Assembly (NCBI GenBank): GCA_965371805.1
Contig: CBDUZW010000015.1
Coordinates: 24,287 to 88,286 of the forward strand
Length of the DNA: 64,000 nt
From: an uncultured bacterium
GTDB lineage: Bacteria; Acidobacteriota; Aminicenantia; UBA2199
Direction: 5' to 3'
Position 1 is the stretch's first letter. Every line of letters begins with the position of its first letter. The position numbers and the translations under genes were made by a program. Below are positions 1 to 8,696 of the stretch, piece after piece. Below the pieces are notes generated by a model. The model did no database searches and had not been told where the DNA came from. It saw only the letters and a list, made by a program, of their open reading frames with translations.

Positions 1-1
1 C

Positions 2-163
2 AATAAAGGAAACACCCAACTTATATTTTTACAATCTTTTGACACAACTGAAATATTCAGACAATCTATTCTAAAAGGCGTTCAGATCAGACATTTTAAA
101 AAACGGAAAGCAACCCTTGAGGATACTTTTGTATCAGCAATTGGAGAATCAAATGCAAATTAG
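2..163 (+). CDS. 3' end of an ABC-transporter ATP-binding protein (5' part lies outside the window)
   Basis: Frame 2 is open from the window edge to TAG 161-163. It ends ...RKATLEDTFVSAIGESNAN, a LED(I/T)F-type C-terminal tail typical of ABC-2/DrrA-like ATPases. It overlaps the next ATG (153) by 11 nt. Confidence 0.4.
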   Translation, partial: NKGNTQLIFLQSFDTTEIFRQSILKGVQIRHFKKRKATLEDTFVSAIGESNAN

Positions 164-1016
164 GGAAAAAGGTTATTATCAATGGGATGGAGAACTTAAA
201 AAAGATGGGATTAAATGGCTCCCCATTTTTAAGAACGGAATAAAGAGCGTTTATAATAAAAGATTTTCGAAATTACTGTTTGCATTTTCTTCAGGATGGT
301 TTTTTATTTTTCTAATAGCAATATATCTTTCAGAAATGGATGAAGTTAAAACAGCTGGAAATATGCTTGGCGGACTTATAAAAAAAATAATAGTTTCAGA
401 CGCACATCTATTCCATCTTTTCTATACAGTTGGGTTTTTTATATTTATGCTGATGATATTAAGTTTATTTGCCGGAGCAGATCTAATCTCCTCAGACTTG
501 AAATTTAAGTCATATACGCTCTATCTTTCAAGACCAATAACTGTCTTGGACTATCTAAAGGGTAAATATTTTATAGTGCTGTTCTACCTGCTTCTTTTTT
601 CGTTGATCCCTGGTTTACTTTTATTAATTGCCAAAGCAGTATTTGCAAAAACAATCTCAATCTCACTCTATGTTCTATTTGCATCAATTGTGTTCCCAAT
701 AATTGTATCACTATTTTTTGCTTCAATGAGCCTTTTCTTCTCTTCCCTATCTGAGAATGGAAAAACGGTTAAAATACTTTTGTTTTCATTTTATTTTTTC
801 ACAGATATGTTAGGAGGAATTTTTTACGGGATTTTCAGAAACGAGGATTTCTTTTTTCTTTCAGTAACAAAAAACATAAAACAATTCGGAACATTTCTAT
901 TCAGGACAGAAGAGAATTTTTATACTACGGGATTTATATCAGGGTTAATTATTATTGGGTTAACAATATTTTTCTTTATGTTCATGTATTCAAAAATGAA
1001 GAGAACGGAGGTTTAA
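153..1016 (+). CDS. ABC-2 type transporter permease (multi-pass membrane protein)
   Basis: The ORF track gives 117-1016 with a TTG start; the ATG at 153 is more plausible. There are several long hydrophobic segments. The gene is sandwiched between ABC ATPase genes, and its stop lies 1 nt before the next start. Confidence 0.6.
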   Translation: MQIREKGYYQWDGELKKDGIKWLPIFKNGIKSVYNKRFSKLLFAFSSGWFFIFLIAIYLSEMDEVKTAGNMLGGLIKKIIVSDAHLFHLFYTVGFFIFMLMILSLFAGADLISSDLKFKSYTLYLSRPITVLDYLKGKYFIVLFYLLLFSLIPGLLLLIAKAVFAKTISISLYVLFASIVFPIIVSLFFASMSLFFSSLSENGKTVKILLFSFYFFTDMLGGIFYGIFRNEDFFFLSVTKNIKQFGTFLFRTEENFYTTGFISGLIIIGLTIFFFMFMYSKMKRTEV

Positions 1017-1017
1017 T

Positions 1018-1959
1018 ATGGAAATACAAAAAACTTCTGAAATTGTTCAAACTAATAATGTCTCAAAATGGTACGGAAACGTTCTGGGTGTCAGTGAAAT
1101 ATCTATTAAAATCAGTAAAGGTGTCCATGGTCTCTTAGGACCTAATGGCGCCGGAAAATCAACATTTCTTAAACTTATCTCCGGACAACTCAAAACTAAT
1201 ATTGGTAATGTAAAACTCTTTGGAGAAGAAATAGACAATAATTACAATCTATTTAATAGAATTGGACTCTGCCCTGAGAACGACTCATTTTATAAAGGGA
1301 TAACTGGATGGGAGTTTATATTATTCAGTTCAAAATTATATGGATTTATTGGCAAAGATGCAGAGAAAAAAGCTGAGAGAGCCATAAAAAGAGTCGGTCT
1401 ATTTGACAGCAGAAATAAATTGATCAGCGAATACAGTCTTGGAATGAGACAGAGAATAAAATTGGCTTCAAGTATAATTCATGAACCTGATCTTCTGATT
1501 CTTGATGAACCACTTAGAGGTATTGACCCACTATGGCGGGTCAAAATCATTGAACTTATTAAAGAATTTGAAAATATGGGAAAAACAGTGATTGTTTCCT
1601 CTCATATTCTCTCTGAGGTAGAAGATATGACAGACAGTATAATTCTGATCCATCAGGGAAAAATCTTTGCCCAGGGAAAAATTGATCAGATCAGAGACCT
1701 TCTGGATTCCCACCCCCATCAAATCTCTATAAAATCTAATGATCCAAGATTGATTGCTGGAAAAATAGTAAACGATAAGCATATCCTCAATATTAATTTT
1801 AATGACAATAAAGATCAAGTAATCGTAAACACAAATAATAGAGATCAATTTTTTAATGATTTAGGCAAAATAATTGTAGATAATAAATTAAAGATAGAAG
1901 AGATAACCTCTCCGGACGACAATCTTCAAGCTGTTTTTGATTATTTAATAGGGAGATAA
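1018..1959 (+). CDS. ABC transporter ATP-binding protein
   Basis: Walker A GPNGAGKST, signature-like YSLGMRQR, Walker B LLILDEP, H-loop SSHIL. Confidence 0.9.
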   Translation: MEIQKTSEIVQTNNVSKWYGNVLGVSEISIKISKGVHGLLGPNGAGKSTFLKLISGQLKTNIGNVKLFGEEIDNNYNLFNRIGLCPENDSFYKGITGWEFILFSSKLYGFIGKDAEKKAERAIKRVGLFDSRNKLISEYSLGMRQRIKLASSIIHEPDLLILDEPLRGIDPLWRVKIIELIKEFENMGKTVIVSSHILSEVEDMTDSIILIHQGKIFAQGKIDQIRDLLDSHPHQISIKSNDPRLIAGKIVNDKHILNINFNDNKDQVIVNTNNRDQFFNDLGKIIVDNKLKIEEITSPDDNLQAVFDYLIGR

Positions 1960-1963
1960 TTAG

Positions 1964-2725
1964 ATGCATATTTTTAATCAGATAAAGACAATCTTTTCTT
2001 TTTTTTTAACTACCACACTAAAATCACGACGGACAAAAACCTTCTTTTTCATATCTTTGATTCCGTCAATTATTATTATTATAGTAAATATAGCTGGAAA
2101 AGGAGATATAAATCCTGAATTTAATAATCTGTTTCAAAAAATTGGAATAATCTTTTTCTTTGGATTCTTCATACAAATCCTTGCATTGTTTTATGGAACA
2201 TCAATTATAAATGATGAGGTTAATGATAAAACACTTATTTATCTTACTACAAAGCCTATATCAAAAAGTTCCATTCTACTAGGTAAATACCTGGCTAATT
2301 TTGTTATATCACTTTTAATCATGGTAATCGGTTTAGCAATATCATATATTGCAGCATTGAAGGGACATACATTTGATCCCTTTGAGATACTGGCAACCTT
2401 TGGAATAGCAGCCATAACCATTCTCTTATATATGGCATTATTTACATTATTCGGAACAACACTAAAAAGACCTATAATGATCGGACTTATGTATATTTTC
2501 GGATGGGAATTAATTCTTACCCCCCTTATTGGAGGCACTCTTCAAAAATTTTCATTTGCTTTTTATTTAAATAAGTTATTACCTGGAAATATATTTGAAT
2601 ATAAGTCATACCCTTCTTCTGTATCTCTTTCTCTTATAGTCCTCTTTATTTCATCAATTATTTTTATGGCTATTTCTATATTTGCTTTTAAAAAAAAAGA
2701 ATATAACATGTCGGATGCCTCTTGA
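1964..2725 (+). CDS. ABC-2 type transporter permease
   Basis: 253-aa protein with about 6 hydrophobic helices. It starts 4 nt after the ATPase stop. Confidence 0.65.
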   Translation: MHIFNQIKTIFSFFLTTTLKSRRTKTFFFISLIPSIIIIIVNIAGKGDINPEFNNLFQKIGIIFFFGFFIQILALFYGTSIINDEVNDKTLIYLTTKPISKSSILLGKYLANFVISLLIMVIGLAISYIAALKGHTFDPFEILATFGIAAITILLYMALFTLFGTTLKRPIMIGLMYIFGWELILTPLIGGTLQKFSFAFYLNKLLPGNIFEYKSYPSSVSLSLIVLFISSIIFMAISIFAFKKKEYNMSDAS

Positions 2726-2750
2726 CAAAACCCTGATTTTTTTATATCCT
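2722..2750 (+). promoter_or_regulatory. candidate sigma-70 promoter for the tRNA-Gly/tRNA-Cys pair
   Basis: TTGACA (2722-2727), 17-nt spacer, TATCCT (2745-2750). It ends 12 nt upstream of the tRNA-Gly 5' end. Confidence 0.35.
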
Positions 2751-2762
2751 ATGTTTTTTCAA

Positions 2763-2837
2763 GCGGGAATAGCTCAATGGTAGAGCACGACCTTGCCAAG
2801 GTCGATGTCGCGGGTTCAAGTCCCGTTTCCCGCTCCA
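2763..2837 (+). tRNA. tRNA-Gly (GCC), CCA encoded
   Basis: Cloverleaf read by hand: acceptor GCGGGAA/TTCCCGC, D stem GCTC/GAGC, anticodon stem CGACC/GGTCG with loop TTGCCAA, T arm GCGGG-TTCAAGT-CCCGT. Confidence 0.9.
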
Positions 2838-2846
2838 TAAAACTTC

Positions 2847-2918
<72 letters not shown>

Positions 2919-2942
2919 TTTTTCACTCTCAAATAAAATCAT

Positions 2943-2969
2943 TCAAGTTATTTTTATTATTTCCGATAT
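2943..2969 (+). promoter_or_regulatory. candidate sigma-28 (FliA)-type promoter upstream of the rod-protein gene
   Basis: TCAAGTTA-N11-TCCGATAT compared with the enterobacterial FliA consensus TAAAGTTT-N11-GCCGATAA: 6/8 and 6/8 matches with exact spacing. It lies 31 nt upstream of ATG 3000. Confidence 0.35.
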
Positions 2970-2999
2970 AATAACCATATAGAAACAAAGGGGAGAGGT

Positions 3000-3641
3000 A
3001 TGGGAGTAAATCTTAGTATTTTTTTTCAAGGACTTCAAAGTTCTCAGAATATTATCAATAGAAGTGGACATAATGTCGCCAATGTTAATACAAAAGGCTT
3101 TAAGGCAACCAACTCATTAACTGGATCAACAAACTTTTCAGTTTCAAGTTTTCAATTTTCAGGTCAAAATCTGGATCTTGGCATTGAGGGTGACGGTTTT
3201 TTTAGAGTAAAAGATCAAAATGGAGGATCTCTTTATTCTCGCAAAGGAGATTTTTCGCTAAACTCTGAAGGAGAGATAGTTGATTCTAAGGGATATAAAC
3301 TTGATGTTGATTTTAAACTAGATGCCAATCAACCTTTTGCAATTAATAAGGATGGTTCAGTTTATCAAGATGGCCAACAGCTTGGAAAAATTGATATTTA
3401 TAGTTTTAATGGGAAACAGGAGCTCTTAAAAACCTCCGGAGGTTATTTCTCTCCACTCAGAGAAGATCCGGGAATTGCAAGCGGCTCCCTGATTGCGTCA
3501 GGTGTTCGGGAGGGGTCAAATACTGATATAGCTGAAGAGATGGTAGCACAGATCCTCGGTTCAGTTTCCTACGAGGCAAATATCAAGGGCATGAAGGTTA
3601 TGGATGAGATCCTAGGGGAGACACTGGATATAAAAGGTTGA
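3000..3641 (+). CDS. flagellar basal-body rod protein, FlgF/FlgG family (short, 213 aa)
   Basis: N-terminal rod motif HNVANVNTKGFKA, central LDLGIEGDGFFRV...YSRKGDF, C-terminal REGSNTDIAEEMVAQILGSVSYEANIKGMKVMDEIL. Strong RBS GGGGAGAGG. Confidence 0.75.
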   Translation: MGVNLSIFFQGLQSSQNIINRSGHNVANVNTKGFKATNSLTGSTNFSVSSFQFSGQNLDLGIEGDGFFRVKDQNGGSLYSRKGDFSLNSEGEIVDSKGYKLDVDFKLDANQPFAINKDGSVYQDGQQLGKIDIYSFNGKQELLKTSGGYFSPLREDPGIASGSLIASGVREGSNTDIAEEMVAQILGSVSYEANIKGMKVMDEILGETLDIKG

Positions 3642-3655
3642 GGCATTCAGAAGTA

Positions 3656-6600
3656 TCAGAAAGTTTCTAAAATCTTAAGAATTGTATTTGGAGTTGGTCT
3701 TGATTCAGGTGACTTTGACAGCATAGACATGATCATATCGTTTATTTGTTCAGGTATTCTCCAATTAAATTTTATTGGATCTATGGGTTCAACCTTAAGT
3801 ATTTGATTTATAATATCAATTGATGTTTCTGCCAGAAAAGGTTTCTCACCGGTTAACATCTCATAAAAGATAACCCCAAGTGAATAGATATCACTGGCCT
3901 CAGTTGCAAGCCCTGAAATTTGTTCCGGAGATATATAGTTGATCGTCCCCATAATAATACCCGATTCGGTTAATTGGGTCAGGCTTCTGGTTTTTGCAAG
4001 TCCGAAATCAAGTATTTTAACCACATCGCCACTACCATTTTCATTGACCAGCATTATATTCTCAGGCTTCAGATCTCTATGAATCACATCAGATTGATGA
4101 ATGACGACAATTGCTGATATCAGCTGGCCGGCAATTTTCAGAAAATCGATTAGCGAAACCTTTTGATCCTTCTTGATCTTTTCTGAAAGCAACTCTCCTT
4201 TCAGATACTCCATTACCAGAAATAACTGCTTATGGCGTTCCCCCCTTTCAATTACATTTACAATGTTTTTATGGTTCAGTTTATCAATAATAGCTGCTTC
4301 ATTCATAAAGCGCTTTCTCTGCTCCTGATTTTGGATATACTCTTCTCTTATCAGTTTTATAGCAACAAATCTTTTTTTATCCAATAAACTCACCGATTTA
4401 TATACGATTCCCATACCACCGGATGCGATCTTATCAAGAATTTTATAATGAGCGATATAATGGTTGTGTTTCCAGAAGGCAATCAGTTTTAGATGTTTTT
4501 TTAAAATCATTACCAATAAGTATGACAAGCAGATTATTATCACTGCGGATAGAATTGTAAACCACCAGGTTTTCCAGAATGGCGGCGTAATGATCAGTTT
4601 TAATTCAAATCCTTCATTGTTCCAGACGCCATCATTATTGGAACCCCTCACCTTTAACATATAACTCCCGGGGTCCAGGTTTGTAAATGTTATATCACGC
4701 CGGGTTCCTAAATCTATCCACTGATTGTCAAGCCCCTCCAGGAAATAGGAATACTGATTTTTAGAGGGGTTCGAATAGTTCAAAGCTGAAAATTCAAATG
4801 ATATTGTTGACTCTTTATAATCCAATTGCAGTAATTTTATTTCTGAAATATTTTTCTTAAGATCTATATCCTTATAGTATTTTTTAATCCCAACCAATTT
4901 TACAGGAGGAATATATGGATTATTCTTAATATCCTCTGCATAGAAAAAATTAAACCCTTTCTTCCCTCCAAAAAACATTTTACCCTCTTTACTCTTAAAG
5001 TTTGCCATTTGCCGATAAACATTTGTTAACAATCCGTCATCAATTGAAAAATTTTTGACCTTTTCTTCTTTTGGACAGAACCTGGATATCCCTTTATCAG
5101 TGCTAAGCCATAACTTGTTATTTCCATCTTCCAATATTCCATGAATAATATTGCTGGCAATACCGTTTTTTTTTGTATATCGGATAAATTGCTTCCCGGA
5201 AATTAACTTATTTAATCCACCATCTGTCCCAACCCACAGGGTTCCGGATTCTGATTCCATTATACAGTTGACAAAATTATGACTTAAACTATTCTTATCT
5301 GAAATCTGATGTCGATATGCTGTAAAAGAGTCTGTTTTTCTATTATAAAGGTTAAGTCCTCCGTTTCTTGTTCCGATCCATAAACGTCCCTTCCTATCCT
5401 CATATATTGATTTGACACTACTATCAGCCAATCCATTATTACGACCCGGTAAACGAATAAACACTTTCTTCTCCCTTTCAAACCTATTTAATCCACCTCC
5501 CTGAGTTCCAATCCAAATGACACCAAGACTATCTTCATAGACAACATTTATATAATTATGACTTAAGCTGGAAGGTTCTTCTTTAGCATTCCTAAAGTGA
5601 ACAAAGGTCTTTGGCCGAGGGTCATAACAAAAAACACCCTCATCAACCGTTCCAACCCACAATATTCCCTTGTGATCTTCATAGATCGAGGATACCGAAC
5701 CAAATATATCTTCTGTCTTAATCAATTTATTGTCTATTGGAAGAATTTCTTCTCCCTTTTGAACATACTTTAAAATCCCTTTATTGGTACCCACCCAAAT
5801 AGTACCGGAGTTCTCTCTAGAGAATGCAGCTGTCAAGTAAGTATCACTCTTTGGAAAGAGTATTGCCGAAGAAAACTTTCCCTTTTCCGGATCTATTTTT
5901 TGAACTCCCGCCCCAACAGTTCCAATCCAGATTATCCCTGATCGATCCTCAAAGACGGATCTTATCCGATTACTCTTTATACTTTCAGGAAAATTAAAGT
6001 CCACTTGATAATGAGTCCTCTTTTTCCCTTCAATTTTAAAGAGTCCGCCCCCTCTTGATCCAACCCAGATTTTTTTGTCACTTGCCTTTAGAACTGTCCA
6101 GACTCTTTTTATGTTAGGAAAAAGCCTTTTCATATGGATTTTTTTGTTTTTTGTATCCAGAAGATATAAGCCACCACTCTCTTTGTCAAGACTATCGATG
6201 CCAACCCAGAAAGTACCCGGTTGAGATTCAACCAACATACGTATTTGAGTCGGGGGGGTGCTTGTATCTGAATTTAGCAGATATTTATTTGAGTCGAAGT
6301 CATTCTTAATCAGATTGAATTCATATACACCAACCTTTGTACCAATTAGTAGAGATTCAGATTTATCCTCAATAATATCACGAATGACATTACAAGATAG
6401 GTCTTCCTTTCCCGACTTATTCCAATAGACCTTGAACTGATTTGTCCGTTTATCAAATTTATTTAATCCATTGGATGTACCGATCCACATTTTATTTGAA
6501 CTGTCTTCATATATTTTCAAAATCCAATTATTTGAAATACTATTTGGATCATCCGAATTATGCCTGAAACAGGTAAAATCATCGGTTTTCATATTATACC

Positions 6601-6916
6601 GACACAATCCACCGCCATCAGTTCCCACCCACAAAACACCCTGACTATCCACAAAGAGGGTAAGAATATAATTATGACTCAAGCTTTTCTGATCATCCAG
6701 ATCATTATAATATACCTTCATATTATATCCATCAAACCGATTCAAACCATTCATTGTTCCAAACCACAAAAATCCTTCATGATCCTGAACAATGGAATTA
6801 ACTGTGGACTGAGACAAGCCCTCTTTAACTGAGAGTTGATCAAATCTCGTGTTCTTATCTGACAGCAATGAGATAGAAATAAAGATAAAAAAAACAAGAG
6901 ACAATCTTAGCTTCAT
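3656..6916 (-). CDS. transmembrane Hanks-type Ser/Thr protein kinase with extracytoplasmic double beta-propeller (two-component-regulator propeller repeats) and a Y_Y_Y-like domain
   Basis: The ORF extends to 6988; the ATG at 6916 gives the signal/TM sequence MKLRLSLVFFIFISISLL. There are about 14 repeats of the W(V/I)GT..GL..F/Y type, then NQYSYFLEGLDNQW, then TM WWFTILSAVIIICLSYLLVMIL. Kinase motifs follow: GGMGIVYK, VAIK, HRDLKPENIM, DFGLAK, YISPE. Confidence 0.85.
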   Translation of the reverse strand: MKLRLSLVFFIFISISLLSDKNTRFDQLSVKEGLSQSTVNSIVQDHEGFLWFGTMNGLNRFDGYNMKVYYNDLDDQKSLSHNYILTLFVDSQGVLWVGTDGGGLCRYNMKTDDFTCFRHNSDDPNSISNNWILKIYEDSSNKMWIGTSNGLNKFDKRTNQFKVYWNKSGKEDLSCNVIRDIIEDKSESLLIGTKVGVYEFNLIKNDFDSNKYLLNSDTSTPPTQIRMLVESQPGTFWVGIDSLDKESGGLYLLDTKNKKIHMKRLFPNIKRVWTVLKASDKKIWVGSRGGGLFKIEGKKRTHYQVDFNFPESIKSNRIRSVFEDRSGIIWIGTVGAGVQKIDPEKGKFSSAILFPKSDTYLTAAFSRENSGTIWVGTNKGILKYVQKGEEILPIDNKLIKTEDIFGSVSSIYEDHKGILWVGTVDEGVFCYDPRPKTFVHFRNAKEEPSSLSHNYINVVYEDSLGVIWIGTQGGGLNRFEREKKVFIRLPGRNNGLADSSVKSIYEDRKGRLWIGTRNGGLNLYNRKTDSFTAYRHQISDKNSLSHNFVNCIMESESGTLWVGTDGGLNKLISGKQFIRYTKKNGIASNIIHGILEDGNNKLWLSTDKGISRFCPKEEKVKNFSIDDGLLTNVYRQMANFKSKEGKMFFGGKKGFNFFYAEDIKNNPYIPPVKLVGIKKYYKDIDLKKNISEIKLLQLDYKESTISFEFSALNYSNPSKNQYSYFLEGLDNQWIDLGTRRDITFTNLDPGSYMLKVRGSNNDGVWNNEGFELKLIITPPFWKTWWFTILSAVIIICLSYLLVMILKKHLKLIAFWKHNHYIAHYKILDKIASGGMGIVYKSVSLLDKKRFVAIKLIREEYIQNQEQRKRFMNEAAIIDKLNHKNIVNVIERGERHKQLFLVMEYLKGELLSEKIKKDQKVSLIDFLKIAGQLISAIVVIHQSDVIHRDLKPENIMLVNENGSGDVVKILDFGLAKTRSLTQLTESGIIMGTINYISPEQISGLATEASDIYSLGVIFYEMLTGEKPFLAETSIDIINQILKVEPIDPIKFNWRIPEQINDMIMSMLSKSPESRPTPNTILKILETF

Positions 6917-7050
6917 CTGTAATCCGGATTCATATTTAAGGTTTTCATTATATAAAATATTATAACCTGTTTTTAGTGATTTTCGCAATAAATTAATTGA
7001 AAAATGGGTGAAATTTGAGTATGATATAGAATATTCTTTTCGGAGGCGAA

Positions 7051-8460
7051 ATGATTGACCCTATTAAAAAAAAAATCTGGGAGCTTATTAAAGAAAAAAA
7101 AGTCTCACTTGCTATGATATATGATATTGATGGTGAAATAATCTGGTCAATCGGTAGAGATATAATCAGTCTAAATGTGTTTGAAGGAGACGGCTTCTGT
7201 AAAAGCTATATTCAGGAAAGTTTGAGAATTAAGGATCGAATATTTAAAGAGAACGGTATTGTTTCCTCGACAAGTGACGGCCTTTCAACCTCGGCTAAAA
7301 ACTTGCTGATTAGAAATATCGTCATCCAGCCATTGAATAATAAATATTTTTTATACATTGACAGCGGTATAAAGACCTCTTTTAGTAAAATAGAACTTGA
7401 ACTTTTTAAACTGCTGGGCAACCTCCTCAAGGATTCAATACAGGCTGTCAGAATTAAGGGAAATGGATTTGGGGGTATTACCGGAAACTCTGTCCATATG
7501 AAAACAATCAAAGAGAAGGTAGTAAAGTATTCAATGGTTGACTCTCCAATCCTCTTAACCGGAGCAACCGGAACCGGAAAAAACCATCTGGCTGAATTAA
7601 TTCATAATTATTCAGGCAGAAAGGGAAAGTTTAAGGTCATTAATGTTCCAGGAATACCGGAGACCCTCTTTGAAAGCGAAATGTTTGGACATAAAAAAGG
7701 GGCTTTCACCGATGCCCGCTCAGATAAAAAAGGCCTGATTGAAGAGGCAGAGGGGGGTACGCTGCTGATTGATGAAATCACAGAGATTCCCATCTCCATA
7801 CAGGCCAAATTACTCCGGTTCATTGAACAGAAGAAGTACTCTATGCTGGGGGAAACGACTGAAAGAGAAGCAGATGTCAGAATCATCACTTCCACAAATA
7901 GAGAGATTGAAAGGGAAATTAAAGAGAAAAATTTCAGAGAAGATCTTTTCTACCGTCTGAACACTCTGGAAATAAAATTACCGCTTCTGAGGGACCGAAA
8001 AGAGGATATTAAGGAATTGGTTTTGCAAAAGATAAATTTTCTTTCCGGTAAAAAGACCGGACCGGGATTTTGGGAAGCTTTGCAAACCTATGACTGGCCG
8101 GGAAATATCAGGGAACTTTTTGGATTTATTCAACGGATCGGAATCGAGTGTGAGAGCCCGATTAGCGGGAAGGTCATTATTGACTATATCTCAAATTATA
8201 AAAACCGGCTGTTTCTTCAAACTGAGAAATGCATGATAAATGATATCTGGCATAAAATTAAAAACGGTGGCAGTTTCTGGAACCTGGTTAAAGACCCCTT
8301 TCTTGAGAGGGACCTTAATAGACGAGAGGTCATGGAAATCATCAATAAGGGAATGGTGGAAGCCAAACATAAATACGTCAACCTTGTAAAAGTTTTTAAT
8401 CTAAAAGAAAATGAATATAAAAAGATGATGAATTTTTTAAAAAAAAACAAATTACAATAA
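7051..8460 (+). CDS. sigma-54-dependent transcriptional activator (bacterial enhancer-binding protein), no receiver domain
   Basis: AAA+ core with Walker A GATGTGKN, GAFTGA-loop variant GHKKGAFTDA, Walker B LLIDEI and WPGNIREL. About 145-aa N-terminal sensory region without a response-regulator Asp pocket. Divergent C-terminal HTH-like tail. RBS GGAGG. Confidence 0.88.
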   Translation: MIDPIKKKIWELIKEKKVSLAMIYDIDGEIIWSIGRDIISLNVFEGDGFCKSYIQESLRIKDRIFKENGIVSSTSDGLSTSAKNLLIRNIVIQPLNNKYFLYIDSGIKTSFSKIELELFKLLGNLLKDSIQAVRIKGNGFGGITGNSVHMKTIKEKVVKYSMVDSPILLTGATGTGKNHLAELIHNYSGRKGKFKVINVPGIPETLFESEMFGHKKGAFTDARSDKKGLIEEAEGGTLLIDEITEIPISIQAKLLRFIEQKKYSMLGETTEREADVRIITSTNREIEREIKEKNFREDLFYRLNTLEIKLPLLRDRKEDIKELVLQKINFLSGKKTGPGFWEALQTYDWPGNIRELFGFIQRIGIECESPISGKVIIDYISNYKNRLFLQTEKCMINDIWHKIKNGGSFWNLVKDPFLERDLNRREVMEIINKGMVEAKHKYVNLVKVFNLKENEYKKMMNFLKKNKLQ

Positions 8461-8490
8461 AGTTCTCCTTATAGGAAGAACTTTTCTCCC
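8461..8490 (+). terminator. possible intrinsic terminator after the activator gene
   Basis: Imperfect hairpin AGTTCTCC-ttat-AGGAAGAACT directly after the stop codon, followed by TTTTCT. Confidence 0.35.
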
Positions 8491-8645
8491 TATTGGCAGA
8501 AGACGAAAGCCACGTATCAATCAGGCTTTTGAACTCTTTTTTCAGATTAAAAACAGATATCTCCCTCAAAGGAGAACTTTCAGTAAAACCTAAAACTCAT
8601 ACACTCCAAAACCCCTATTATAAGAGGGTTCTGAGCAAATACATT

Positions 8646-8661
8646 TGGCATTATTCTTGCT
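8646..8661 (+). promoter_or_regulatory. sigma-54 (-24/-12) promoter
   Basis: TGGCATTATTCTTGCT matches TGGCAC-N5-TTGCW, with GG and GC exactly 12 nt apart. It lies 36 nt upstream of ATG 8697 and about 185 nt downstream of the bEBP gene. Confidence 0.7.
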
Positions 8662-8696
8662 TCTTATAATTTTACTTAGACATAGGAGATTTTTTC

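Noticed and set aside
8494-8510. Second TGGCA (TTGGCAGAAGACG...) upstream of the giant gene
   Set aside because: There is no GC dinucleotide 12 nt downstream of the GG, so it does not satisfy -24/-12 geometry.
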